Part shown: positions 25,171 through 38,195 of the stretch, piece after piece
Layout: every line of letters begins with the position of its first letter
How positions within the stretch are numbered: position 1 is the stretch's first letter
NCBI RefSeq assembly: GCF_021869535.1
Contig: NW_026262723.1
Location: 63,922,001 to 63,986,000 of the forward strand
Origin: Mytilus californianus
Taxonomy: Eukaryota
Direction of reading: 5' to 3'
DNA length: 64,000 bases
Program-made: the position numbers and the translations under genes
Notes under the pieces: generated by a model
The model's input: the letters and a program-made list of their open reading frames with translations, nothing else
Told to the model about the DNA's origin: nothing
Databases searched by the model: none

Positions 25171-26887
25171 ATGCAATTTATAAAGGGTTGTTTTCATTTT
25201 TTATTGAATACTAGAAAATTCAAGCTTGATACGATTGTGTGATAGTTGAAAAGTTATAATTTCAACCGAATTGAAGGGACCACCAAAAGCACGTAATTTA
25301 TCTAAAATATTCAAAAAGTTGATTACATTCAAAAATGATTAATTCTATTATTGGATCTGCTTTATTAAAAAAAAAGTTGATAACATGTTTTTTAGTTAAG
25401 TTAGTCTATTTGCCAATTAACGATTTGCATCTGTTATTTCACACTTTTAAAACAAGTTGCTTCCCTATGCCAATTGTGGACTAGTCAGTTCTAAACAGAA
25501 AACAAATGGGCTCAGGCTGAGTTGAAAGTGATATGTATAGGCGTTTTAATCAATTTTGAATGAAAAATATATATTGACATCAAAAGTTATTTTAGCAAAA
25601 GATTAAATGTAACTAAAAGATTTGAAAATTTTTAAGATAACACGTGCACACATTACAAACAGACACATTTGTTCTTTCCTCCTGCTCTTCATTACGGATG
25701 AAAATTAATGTCCCTCTAAAGGGAAATAACTTTTACAGATGGATTTTCAATTACAGAGCCAATTACACAATTGGTAAATAGACTATTGTAGTAAAAAAAT
25801 TAGTAAAGAGGATAGAAAAATTAGTTGAAGAACACTTAATTGCTAGAACCGGAGATTAATCGGAATTTGACGAGTTTCTTGTGTAGTGTAGGTAGCCAAT
25901 ACATAGTAAAGACCTTCAATTTCTAAATCCTTCTTCTGACATATGGTATTGATAATTATGATTGTTTACAACTGGACTCGCTGTGGTGCGTACAGAATGG
26001 GATGTAGTAGTTTATAATATCATTCATAAGAACATCCATGTCGAATTTACGTCATACCACTATAACTGTTTTGGATGGTTCATCGGCCGATACGAACAAA
26101 AACCCATTGCGATTACTTGAAGATGTTTGTTGCTTATCATAGAATTGGGCATATTATTAACCTGTTTATAAATTCATTTATTATTTTCTAAATTTGATAT
26201 GTGAATATCCACAATATTCATACGTTTATTCCAATAAGAATAAAATGGTTCTTTATCAGATTTCTCCCGTTTATGCCAATTGTTTCACCCGGATGAAACA
26301 TAATCTTAAATATCTGACGACACACTTTTCCGGAAGATATTAACATGTCCATTTTACAAATATTAAATTTAAAATTGGATTGATTTTTGTCAGTAGAAAT
26401 CAGTTGATTAGTCTTGATCTGTAGAGTAAAAAAAAACGTTAAAAGGACAAGATGCTCGCTGTGACGGCGTCACGCTGCAAAACCAGTTTCATAAATCACT
26501 TAAACTGAAATGATAAAGACGACAAACGAAGCTGGCAACCATTCTATAATGTTTATATTCTCGAAAATCAATTGTTGACTGTAATAAATACAACTTACAA
26601 GAATATTCTTAAGACGGAATTTCGAGAAATTGCAATCTGAAAAGTAAACAAATCCTTAAAATCGCACTTTATGCGAACATATGGAGCGAAATCAACATAC
26701 AATTATCAGTTTATGGCTTAAATATGTTTAAGATCATGTGGATTAAAAAAAATAAGTAGATAACAATAACACAAGGCAAATCAATAAAATACATGTCAAA
26801 TAAAATCCAATATTTTATTTAAAAGAATTGTATGAGGGATTATGATACGAAGGTGTCGTTTGTGTTTCATCAAATTTACTCCAGTCA

Positions 26888-27088
26888 TTAGACTGTCGTG
26901 CTTGATTGTCTATTAGCTATTTCTGTAGCGAAAAACTGTTGTGCTATTGACATCCCTGTCTCGTCTGGTGATGAAATGTTTAGGACACCAGCCATCAATT
27001 GCATCTGTTTCCCTCCGATTGTGAAAAAGGAGTCCATGTAAACCTGATTTGGACTATCCGGTTCAGCGGTAGACAAATCATACTCAAT
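26888..27088 (-). CDS. G3 exon 6
   Basis: tttcag|ATT GAG TAT; IEYDLSTAEPDSPNQVYMDSFFTIGGKQMQLMAGVLNISSPDETGMSIAQQFFATEIANRQSSTTV*. Confidence 0.88.
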   Translation of the reverse strand: MEYDLSTAEPDSPNQVYMDSFFTIGGKQMQLMAGVLNISSPDETGMSIAQQFFATEIANRQSSTTV

Positions 27089-30000
27089 CTGAAATTGGAA
27101 ATAAAATTAGTTAGCATCACGGTCATGTAATCTTTTATCCATTGTCTACATAGCATGGATTCCAGTGTCACAGCTTGATAGTAGAGCCAGACGGAATACA
27201 ACGACATGAATTGATTTATAATTGGTTGTAAGAATGATGCACTGTGGGAAAGCATCATTACTTAACATATGGCGGGATTTATTTCTATTTGGAGTATTTC
27301 TGCGAAACTGGCTTAGTATTATTACCGAACATTGCTATTCATGGCAGTAAAAACATGCCTATATTCAGTCCAACATCAATTGATTTTGATTTTTGAACTG
27401 TTACTTTATGATTCCTTAATTTGAATTTAGAAATATTTATTGGTTTAAGGTCTAAACCTCATTTAGTAAGAATTTGTTGTGGTGCGTTGTTAGTTTTCTG
27501 ACATATAGCTACAGATTTAATTAAGAGTTCAGTTGCGTATGAGCGAGACCGTATAAAAAAGTAAAATAAGGGCTCAGGATTCTACAATTTAAGAAAAATA
27601 TTATAAAACTTAGAAAAAGAATTAATTTCTATTTGCCATCAACAACAAATCCCCTGCCATCAAAATATTAAGATTGATCAAAAGAAGGTTCCAGAGTTGG
27701 GACAAGCACATGAGTTTCTCGTGATGTCAATCCATTTTAAATCTCGATCAGTTAAATGGCAAACGAGGTAATATTATATGTATGATTAAACAATAGTACC
27801 AGGTGCATCAAAACAATGATATCTCATACCGTATCTAAGAATGCTTGATGTTTCTTAAAGCATGCTTAACAGATCTCCTTATTTTCATATTTTTAAAAGT
27901 ACTTAACAGATGATGCGAAATCGTGCCGGTGTACAATCTAAAATCGGTTGTACTACCAGAGTAGCTTTCATACTCTAAAGTCATAAACAGCACTGGGGAA
28001 AAACAATCTTATTTAATACCAAAAATAACGTTTGATAGAATTTCACTGTAGAAAATAATAGAAATATTTTTCATCTTGCGTTAAACTATGGATTTTATGT
28101 TAATGAAATGCAGTTGAAAATAAATTTACTGATTAGGTGAGTAATAACTATATTTTTTTTAAATTCAAATTTCTACTTTTTTGGCAAAACTGTACAGCTT
28201 AGCTAAGAAGAGCCACAGACAAATTGTATTGGGAATACAAACCTTTGTTATCTGTTCGTTGTCTTTTGTTTTATTGTACAGGTCTTTTAGAAATGTTATT
28301 TCGGCCATTGCTTCTTTCTTTTGTTTTGTTGTATCTGAACCACAAACTATGATAAAAAGTACATTTTATTATCTTGGGTATTCAATACTCAATATAATTG
28401 TTCATCAAGTACGTTATAATTTCTAACGAAGAATTAGTCTGTAATACACCAAATAAACAATGCATTTGTATAAAAGAGCATAATTGGGAGTACAAGTATA
28501 CATAATTTTTAGCTTTTCATTTCAGCACTTGTCGTATATTGAAAGACCACAATTTGCCTATAGGGTATTACATATCGGTATTATGATTACAGACATTGAT
28601 CCTGGACATGCACACCAAGCTGATATATAGAAGAGGGGTGACACGGAATGCTCATTTTCCAAATCCCACTTCTCTTTGTAATATTTCCCACTTCTAACTA
28701 ACTTTTTCCCGTCTTTTCCCAGATCCCACTTTTTTGCTCTCTGATAAGTTAATATTTGTAATTGTAAATGTAGGTGACCCACAAATCACGTCTAATTAGG
28801 GAAATACTTAGAACTCGTAAGATACGTGTATGTACAGTAACTAAACTTTGTTTTCATACAGGTTCCGACATGTCTAACTCACATTTTTCATTTAATAGAC
28901 ATAACAACATTATAAGACATTTAGACATTATAGTCAATACAATAATAGTAATTAAAGTATAAATTTTTCGAAAATGACACAAAGAAATGTTAGGGAATCT
29001 CATTAACATCAGCTGTTAGTTTTCGCTAGTGTAGCGTATCACAACATCGTATTTTAATCAGATTGAAAGGTTAGGGAAACTGATTTTAATATGAACCTAA
29101 ATTGTTTGGAAAAGAATACGGAATTTCGCCCTATACGTTTGGAGACTGATTTAAACAGATACCTACCTGAATCAATGATCTGGCTTATAGTGTTTTTTTT
29201 AATGTCTAATTTGTTACAAGATGGACAAGATGATACACAACGTTTTCTCCTGAAAAGTTTTCCCAGTGTCCCTGAAATAAATTTCAAAAATACGTCAATT
29301 CATGCGTTCACGTTTTGGCTACTTACTGTATACCGGCAATTTGATGTATTGGATGAAGAAAAAAAATATAGCATTAAGTGCACATTAAAATACAGGATGG
29401 CATTCTATATATTAGTTAAAGATCCATGTACCAAACAATTAAACATCGTTGGTAACTATTTATGATGTTCAGTTGTAATTGAAAAAAAAACCCAAATACT
29501 CGAACGAAATGAAAAACAAACAGAAATTTCAGCACTGTTCCTGAACTGTGATGGTCATACCCTTTTGTCAAATTATGTTACACATCTCTTGGGGGTAGCA
29601 CTATTATTATAAATTATAATAATTAAATTGTTTTGATATAAAGTCTTTCATTGGGCTAAGAACCATACAATTCGTAGACAAAAACTTAAACACTTTGGAA
29701 TTAATCTATTGCTCGGGCAATATTTACTAATTTGCTTTTTGTAAATAAAGGCTTTTGAGTTGTGCTCTTAGTTGAAGGCAGCAGACACAACTATTACTAT
29801 AAAAATAAGAAGATGTGGTATGATTGCCAATGAGACAACTCTCCACAAGAGACCAAATGACACAGAAATTAATAACTATAGGTCACCGTACGGCCTTCAA
29901 CAATGAGCAAAATTCATTATGTATTTATTCCCTTTCTACAGTGTCAGTTTGTATTGAAAAAAGAAGGTATTAGCGGGGTAATCAAAACATAAGCTAAAGA

Positions 30001-33000
30001 CAGACAGTCAGCACTATGTCAAAAACAAAATAAAAGCAAACAGACAAACACCACACAGGAAATATGAAATAAACAGCACGATCACCACAAAAAGCTTCCG
30101 ATGAACTCACTTGCTTGGAAGGGTAAAAAGTTTCTGCTCCACTAATGGAACCCGTTCTAACTGTACATTATTTCGTACCTGTTCATTGTCAATTTAGATA
30201 AAACATATAACATACCTTTAACATTCAAACCATTTACTTTCCTACACGATGGTCATTAATTTATTTTATAGTTATAATAACATTAACGAAATCGATTTTA
30301 CTGCACCTTATGTACACTTAATATTTGAACATCAAAAACTTTAAACAAACGATGAGGAGCTGATAAAACAAAACAAAAACAAAAGTTGCCAAAACCAGAT
30401 TGAGATACACTCTTAGATTTCCAATGATTTCCAAAATTCCATAACAGCAAATTTCAATAAAACAATAACCGTATGTTAATGCAAGTACCGCAGCACAGTA
30501 GGTAACTGAGCTTGTGATACACTTGTGAACTAATTCTATTCTTATTGCCTTAGTTTTATATTGATTCGAAAATAGATTGGTATTACTTTGAATATCTTTA
30601 AAATTTGAAACTTACTCTCCCAAACAGGTAAGACTGCATCTTTGATAGTATTTAAAACGACAGGTGCTTTTTCTGATATTGTCTGGCGAACTGTTTTCAA
30701 TGCATTTTCAAAGTCTTCGAAAGGCTTACCAATGAGCCCCTTTATATCGCCTATAACATTGGTAACATCACCACTAATAGCTTGAATTATCTCCCTTCCG
30801 GCATTCCCAATTGTTCTTCCAAGTGACTTAAACGCATCAGCGGCGGGGGATGCTATATATTTTCCACCTTTTATAAGCACCTTAGCAACTTCTAGCAGAT
30901 CATCTCCTATGTTATTTAGAAACGGACCCAATCGATCTCCCAAGAAGTCTTTAGCTCCGACTGCCCATTGTGCAATTTCCTTTAAAACCTCTCCGGCATA
31001 GGTAATCGGACGGTAATTGCCTACTGATATTTTACTTAACACTGCCTCAGATAAAGATGGAATTTCTATACTAAAACAAAATTAATTTCAATATTAATTT
31101 AGCATTTAAGTAAACATGTGTAATGTACAAGTAATTGTCTGGCAATAGGTATAAGTATTAGTTTGACGATTTTGCAATGTTTTATAGTAAATGCCGTAAA
31201 TTCAATGCAAAATTTTGATGGACAAACGTACTAAGCTAACAAAGCTAACAAAACCTTTAAACAGACTTATTAAGAAGGGATATAGTTACGATACTGTTGT
31301 CAGGTCATTAAAAATTGCATATTTTGGCTTTAATATTGATTCACTTATAGGGTCTTTGCATCGGAATTAAACATATTTATTCTAAAACCAGTTGTTGGCA
31401 TGACACGGGTTATGTTCTTCTCATATATTTTATGACGGTATAATACTAAACCCCTAACAGGAGGGATTGTACCTGATATTCATATGATGAAGACATAATC
31501 TTTCAATCTGTTTAATTGAGGTCTGGAGCTGGCATGTCAGTAACTGCTAGTAGTCTGTTGTTATTTATGTATTATTGTCATTTTGTTTATTTTCTTTTGT
31601 TTCCTATTCTGACATCGGACTCGGACTTCTCTTAAACTGAGTTTTACTGTGCGTACTGTTGTACGTTTGTTTTTTCTACATTGGCTAGAGGTATAGGGGG
31701 AGGGTTGAGATCTCAAAAAAACATGTTTAACCCCGCCGCATTTTTGCGCCTGTCCCAAGTCAGGAGCCTCTGGCCTTTGTTAGTCTTGTATCATTTTTAA
31801 TTTTAGTTTCTTGTGTATAATTTGGAGTTTAGTATGACGTCCATTATCACTGAACTAGTATACATATTTGTTTAGGGGCCAGCTGAAGGACGCCTCCGGG
31901 TGCGGGAGTTTCTCGCTGCATTGAAGACCCATTGGTGGCCTTCGGCTGTTGTCTGCTCTATGGTCGGGTTGTTGTCTCTTTGACACATTCCCCATTTCCA
32001 TTCTCAATTTTAAAACGTATCCTCCTAAATTTCATACTTAGCAGAGAAACGATGCAACAATAATCCTAGTATGTTTAAGATCAGAAATAAATTATATTGG
32101 TTTGAATTTGATCTTCTATGATATTTAATTCACTTCATAATTTGAAAATATAGTATATCAAAAAACAAAAAAATATTTACTGATTTACCAATTATTTCAA
32201 TCTGTAAAAGCTTTGAAGAGTTTTTACTTAGCCCTCCGGAGCACCTGATTTCACCCAAGGTTTGAGGTGAGTCTGGCTCATTCTTTAGTTTCTATGTAAA
32301 GTGCTGTTATTATTGTTTGTCCCACTGCGTTTTCATTTTTGGCCATGGTGTTGTCCGTTTTTACATTAACTTGGTTTCTTGCAGGAGTTTATGCGAATCG
32401 CGCATGTTTTGTTTTTTTTTAAATTGATTCGTATCTTCGCAATAAATTTGTGAGATTTGAACATTGCCTTTAATTTATTTCCCATAATATTTTCGATTGT
32501 CCAGTTGGTATCCTCTCTCTGTTTTATTGAACATAACGCCTTATTTTGTCAATGGCGTACTAATTATATGAGCATAAGTGTTTTTTTATCAAACTGTATG
32601 TAATTGGCAGTTGATACTAACCAAGCTCTCCGACATTCGCAGGTTATGACATAAGTTAGCAGTCTACAGCACGGTCATAAATCCCACTAAATCATACTTA
32701 AATGATATGAAAGAAAAGTATTTAAAGGAACATAATATCATTCATTTCGTGCGTCCGAAGTGCTTTTCTTGATTTTACTTCATTATTCCTGCCTTTGTAC
32801 AGGCATTTTCCGATGAAATTGGTGGGTTAAACATGGTTGTATAGCTACCTAAACCCCGCACCTGTATGCCAGTTGTTTATAGTTCCGTAACATTGACAAA
32901 ATTGGTGAGTAAGAAGTACAACCTTCTAAACTCATCATAGATACCAGGATGAAAATAAAATTATACGCCAGGCGTACGTTTCGTCTATAAAAGACTTATC

Positions 33001-35960
33001 GGAGACGCTCGGATCAAAAAAGTTAAAAAGGCCAAATAAAGTACGAAGTGAAGGTATATAGGACCAAAGGGGCATTTAAATAGCCAAAATCATCTGATGA
33101 GTTGAATCGCAGTCATACATTTTTTAAAAAATAGTATACTAATAACGTAAAACAAAATAACTTGCCTTGCAAAGTGACCAATATTTAGTACCTCATTATC
33201 ATATCAGTTAGTCGCACCAATTCGTTTGTTTTCATATCATTTGTGTGTGATTTATTGGGATTGATAACGTGTGTTCAGAAAAATAGACTGTTACTCGGTC
33301 GTTATTTGCCAAGTTTGAATTATTTATACATTCCGAAAGTATACTGAATATTTTACAGACGGAACCAATATATCAGAAGGACGACTTGATCCACTTGATA
33401 CACAAAACTAGTCTTTTCAGCGTTATGATATTAAAATTGTAGTATATTTTAACGGAAAATAATATGACTGTAAGAAGTCTGTATGTACATAAAATGTATC
33501 TTTGGAATCAAGTTTAGTTATATCATATACATTTTTATTGATACAATGTATCTTATCAAAAGATAAAATTCAAATAAACTTATGTTTTTAAAAATGTTAT
33601 TCCCTATAAATGTACAAAAACAACTTACTTAGTACAGAGATCTGCTTTACACGTAGAACATCCATCTATTGTACCGTTTAATTTACTTTGGCAGTTTCCA
33701 GCCAAATCAGATTGCGTAGATACAGTATCATTCAATCGATCTGCTATCAGGAACATCAGCTGCTTCCGAGCTTCCTTGTCAATACCTGAAAAATTCTAGT
33801 TAGTCATAACATTCTCTTTTAATATGACTGTTTTGCCGAGTGTGAAATCGCATTGCTATACGACGTGTCTCGGTAGTTATACATCCTACATTCATGTAAC
33901 TATATAGTTATGATGTTTCTTTTGTAAGTACGGTTCGATATTGTGTTATGTCTTATCGTTTGTGGTTTATATTCTGTATTTTCGGCACATTTCACATATG
34001 TCTTATTTGTCAGTCTAGTCGAGTTAATTTCCATTTTCCATGGATAAAGTATTGTGTTAGTCCAAATAATTATGACGTCGTCACAGCATTAATTTAAAAA
34101 GCCTTTCAAGACCGTCATAATCATGATAATCATTTGGACTAGTATTGTGAAAATAATTGTGATTTTTTGAATCTCGTTCCATATAATTGTATGAATTTCA
34201 AGATTAAATATACGTCACAAAAGTACGTCACTTTTTGAAGCGTTGATCCATTCATGTGACGCAGTTTATGGTGTCCTATGCTGTCGTTAATTCATGGTAG
34301 ATGTCCGTTGTTATTCTACAGTTTACATGTTGTAATGTACTATCATAATTTTTATTTATGTATTTCTCTGTGTTGAGTGTTCTTGCGTTTGTTTGTACTG
34401 TATTCCTGTCACGTACTGTTGTCATTTTAGCAATATTTTTTAACATTGCCATATAAGCGGTAGGTTTGGCTAGCCATAAAACCAGGTTCAACCCACCATT
34501 TATTCTTAAAATGTCCTGTACCAAGTCAGGAATATGGCAGTTGTTATCAATTAGTCCGTTTCTATGTATGTTGGCGTTTGATTTTGTTGCAGTTCAGTGT
34601 TTCTGTTGTTCCGTTGCTTTTCTCTTATAGTTGATGTGTTTCCCTCGGTTTTATTTTGTAACCCGGATTTGTTTTCTCTTAATCGATTTATGACTTTTGA
34701 ACATTGGTATACTACTGTTGTCTTTATTAATCACTTTAATTCCTATCTGAGTAGCAATTAATTGAAATAGGAAAGTAGCAGTGATTAATGTAAACATATT
34801 TAATTAAAGAAATCGTTATGTATAACTACAAGAGTAAAGACATAAATACGAAATATACAAGTAATTCAATAATTGGGATATATGATTAGCTCATATATTC
34901 TTCCAATACCTTGATTAACCGCAGGTTACCTGACTGTAATTGATATATAAAATGTCATTTACGACCTTACTCCACTCGGTTTGTAAATAATGTTGTTGTT
35001 CTAAAACAAAAGTTCCAACTCCCTGCGGCTAAGTTGACCTTCGAACCGATTTTGATTGATCTGTTCAGGATTTCTTTTATGCTCATACATTTTGGCCTCG
35101 AGCGTACATGATAAAGCGTCTTCATTGAAGAAACAGGTTTCGTGAGCAGAAAAATCGTTTTCATTTTCTGTTACCTCAACTAAATTGTTGCCGCTGCTGA
35201 CGGACTTCCGTTCTGGCATGATTAAGTTATTTATTCTAACTGTTACTGTTAAGTCTACGATTATTTTAATTATACTTAATCCTCCACGTACAGTTGATCT
35301 TACTTGAGTTTTGATCTTCTGGTTTTGATGTCCCTTGTTTTTTTGTGTGTTTTAAGTTTTTTTATGGAGTTTCTTTTTAAGGAAAAACATTTCAAACAAC
35401 CAACTTTTCAAGTGCTAAGCACGCGCAATAAGGAGTAAGACCAAAGACTGATCGGCTCAGCGTCAGAATAATGTGTCTGGGTAGGGTGACATGTCTTCCT
35501 GCGGGCTGTCACCATGTGAACTAGCACGTTACAAATCCGACTCAGCGTGTCGGTCTAATACAAAGCAGGGTTATTACTCATTCATCGTCCTGAATATGCA
35601 TTTAATTTGCCGTTGAACGTTAAGCAGTCATTCATCATCATCATCATCATTATCATCAAGTTTTAAAAAGGCAAAACAACAAACTACAAAGACATTCCGT
35701 TAGTAGGTGATAAAAATAAGAAATTTAAAGTACTTGTTTTCTTGATGATATTAGTATTTTGTATGTCATGTTAAATGTCTCCAAACAGTGAGATAAAATT
35801 TACATGCAGTTTGTGAAATATTAATTTTTAACTTACTTTTGACAATGGTAACATCAAGTTCCGTCACATTTATTGCTTGGCGCTTATATCTTCCTTCGGC
35901 GAACGTACACGAGAAGTAAAGAAAACAATAACAAAATAGATAAACTGAGATTGTAGTCAT
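26888..35960 (-). CDS. G3: family paralog, 6 exons, 381 aa (in-frame upstream ATG at 35987 would add 9 aa)
   Basis: join(35960-35837,33785-33629,31070-30616,29271-29167,28346-28243,27088-26888) = 1146 nt; GT-AG, phases 1,2,1,1,0, open frame. Confidence 0.92.
28243..28346 (-). CDS. G3 exon 5
   Basis: 104 nt; (V)CGSDTTKQKKEAMAEITFLKDLYNKTKDNEQITK|gtttgt. Confidence 0.88.
29167..29271 (-). CDS. G3 exon 4
   Basis: (R)TLGKLFRRKRCVSSCPSCNKLDIKKNTISQIIDS|gtaggt. Confidence 0.92.
30616..31070 (-). CDS. G3 exon 3 (mixed-charge amphipathic cassette)
   Basis: ttttag|T ATA GAA ... TGG GAG A|gtaagt; 455 nt, phase 2-1; overlaps ORF 30542-31042. Confidence 0.92.
31231..32012 (+). mobile_element. 5'-truncated Penelope-like retroelement (RT C-terminus + 3' UTR), G3 intron 2
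   Basis: Encodes KLTKPLNRLIKKGYSYDTVVRSLKIAYFGFNIDSLIGSLHRN*, matching the end of ORF 45501-46598; 3' UTR matches 44863-45500; candidate TSD AAACGTA at 31224-31230 and 32013-32019. Confidence 0.88.
32964..33008 (-). ncRNA. Degenerate hammerhead-like motif in a repeat
   Basis: Minus strand CCGATAA-GTCT-TTTAT-AGAC-GAAA-CGTACG(palindrome)-CC-TGGCGTA; stem II intact, CTGATGA core mutated. Confidence 0.4.
33629..33785 (-). CDS. G3 exon 2
   Basis: 157 nt; (S)IDKEARKQLMFLIADRLNDTVSTQSDLAGNCQSKLNGTIDGCSTCKADLCT(N). Confidence 0.92.
35412..35657 (+). mobile_element. Bivalve tRNA-SINE (Meta/V-SINE type), 5'-truncated, (CAT)n tail
   Basis: GCTAAGCACGCGCAATAAGGAGTAAGACCAAAGACTGATCGGCTCAG..AATGTGTC central domain recalled from mollusc SINEs; related copies at about 9250 and 22430. 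Confidence 0.6.
35837..35960 (-). CDS. G3 exon 1 (signal peptide + RYKR site)
   Basis: MTTISVYLFCYCFLYFSCTFAEGRYKRQAINVTELDVTIVK then A|gtaagt. Confidence 0.9.
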
Positions 35961-36029
35961 CGTAAAAGTTATAGCTTGCACAGTCATTTAAATGTAGAGG
36001 CTAAAATACATAACTTGTAGCTCTGTTTG

Positions 36030-36036
36030 TTTTATA
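36030..36036 (-). promoter_or_regulatory. Candidate TATA box of G3
   Basis: TATAAAA about 43 nt upstream of the first ATG (35987); the paralogous position 60951-60957 reads TATATAA. Confidence 0.55.
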
Positions 36037-37601
36037 CCTCCAAATACACATTTATAGAAATACAACGTACGTTTGTTTTGACATGTTAAGTTGTATACTA
36101 ACGCATGTAAGTTGTCAAAACTTTTGACATGATTTACCTTAAAACATTTCCTTATTTACAAAATTTCATTCAGACAATGTAATACTACAGATGACTTGTC
36201 ATAAAAATAAATCATTCACATTTATTTTGTCTAAATAAGGAAGTATTCATATATTTTACTGGTCATCCTATACTTCGAATGGGTCGACTGAGAATTATTT
36301 AGACAGTTAAAACAATGACAAACGAAATAGCTTTTTACGTGTATTTAACTCTTGTGTTGAAAAGAGACACATGTATGTGTGTCTTGCAAAATTGTAACTA
36401 TCTATGTCTAATCGTCACATTTGTTTGGGACATCTGATACAGAAGCAAAGGATACTAATGCGTCCTACTTTATCTCGTTGTTGCAACCAATAATAAGCAT
36501 CCACAATTTGCCGGACAATTTACTTACGTCATCAAATCGGTTACGTGAATTTGATAGTATTTGCAAAGGAAAACAAGCATGCTGTATATATAAACACTCG
36601 TACTCTACTGTAGGGTAAAAAAAATAGAAGCCAATACAGATCTAGACTTTCTATGTTCTATCATCAATAGATTCGTATAGCGTTTTGAATAAGAAAGAAA
36701 AAATGGGATCTTCAGCAGTTTATGAATTTAAAATAACTAGGGTTTCTATTTCTAGTTAAAATACTCTTAGTCATCCTGTTGGCTTGAGAGTTGTTTCGGA
36801 GTTAGAATCAGTGATTTTTACAGGTTTACAACACTTGTATCCTCCGTACCATAGTTAAATCATATGTCCTTTTTGGTTCGTAGATATAAAATATTATATG
36901 TGATATATAATTACATTCTGCAACGCGGATAAGGTAATTATTCGTATTTTCTTTTTTTTTCTTTGGAAATGCAACATATAAAAGACTACAGTAAATAATT
37001 GATGTTTATTGTAAGTAAAACGTAAAATACAATTAAAAATACAATTAAACAAAAACAGGATAGTAAAAAAATATCACACCCACAATTTCAACAAGCATAT
37101 TTTAAAACATTACACACAATTATATTGATGAAGACATATTGTCATTTTATTGCACATTTTTCATTTTTATATTAGTCTGAAAAGTCTGTTTGCCAATTCC
37201 CGTAATTGACCCTGTAATTAGAGATCCCTTTTTTAGTTGTCTCCCTTAGGAGGGACATCAATTTTTATTAACAATGGAGAGCTAGTGGAAAGAGCAAATT
37301 TAAGTGTGCATAATGTGTGTAACCTTTACGTTTTTCAATTTTTTAATTACATTTAATTTGTTGTTAAGGTAAACACTTTGGATAACCGAAGTTATTATTC
37401 ATTAACAATTTGTGAAATCGCCGATATATCACTTTCAACTTATCATGCTTTGCGTGGGCAAAAGCCAAGTTTGTCCGGTATAGAACTAGTCTTCGATTGA
37501 CAAAGGGATTCCGAAAGTAATTTGTTAAAAAATTGTGTAATAACAGAATCAAATCGGTAATGGGCAAATGGACTATTGACTAATTGGTCTATGTAGTAAC
37601 T

Positions 37602-37784
37602 CTAGAACATTTTAGCTAATACGTCTTTTGATATTTTTATGGCCATGTCATCTATGTTAGAGAATTGAAATAGTCCGGAAAGTTGAAATCGTTTCTTGAT
37701 TTTGTCCGTTTGGAATGTAATAAAGGATTTCTTGAAGGCCATTTTCCCGCCAACAACAACAATACTGCTAGTTTCATATTCCAC
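37602..37784 (-). CDS. G4 exon 6
   Basis: tttcag|GTG; VEYETSSIVVVGGKMAFKKSFITFQTDKIKKRFQLSGLFQFSNIDDMAIKISKDVLAKMF*. Confidence 0.9.
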   Translation of the reverse strand: MEYETSSIVVVGGKMAFKKSFITFQTDKIKKRFQLSGLFQFSNIDDMAIKISKDVLAKMF

Positions 37785-38160
37785 CTGAAACAAAAAACAT
37801 AAAGTACAGGTTATTGTAGTTATCAATTTAAAATGTATTATTATAAAACATTAGTCGTGAAAGTAAAAAAAAATCAAAATACCAATGCAAGAAGACAATC
37901 ATATATTGTAATTTAATTAAGGCTATTCAACAATAACAATGCTGTTGTCTGTTAAACTTTGATTTAAAGATTGGTATTTGTTTATTTTTGTAACGACTGT
38001 TTATTACACGCAAATCTGAAGCTGGAGGTGTCACATCACTAATTCAACCAATTAGCATTGAGAACGTAGGTCAAAGTAGCCCAACTTTGACAAAACATAG
38101 TGCTTTTGTTTACTAAAACAAGAAAATGAATTGCATAAATGAAAAAAAATATGATGAATT

Positions 38161-38195
<35 letters not shown>

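Noticed and set aside
34967-35219. ORFs in G3 intron 1 (MPERKSVSSG..., MKTIFLLTKPV...), with a homolog at about 60400-60540
   Set aside because: No compatible splice sites; G3 exons 1-2 join in phase without it; the paralogous copy is full of indels, consistent with neutral intron homology.
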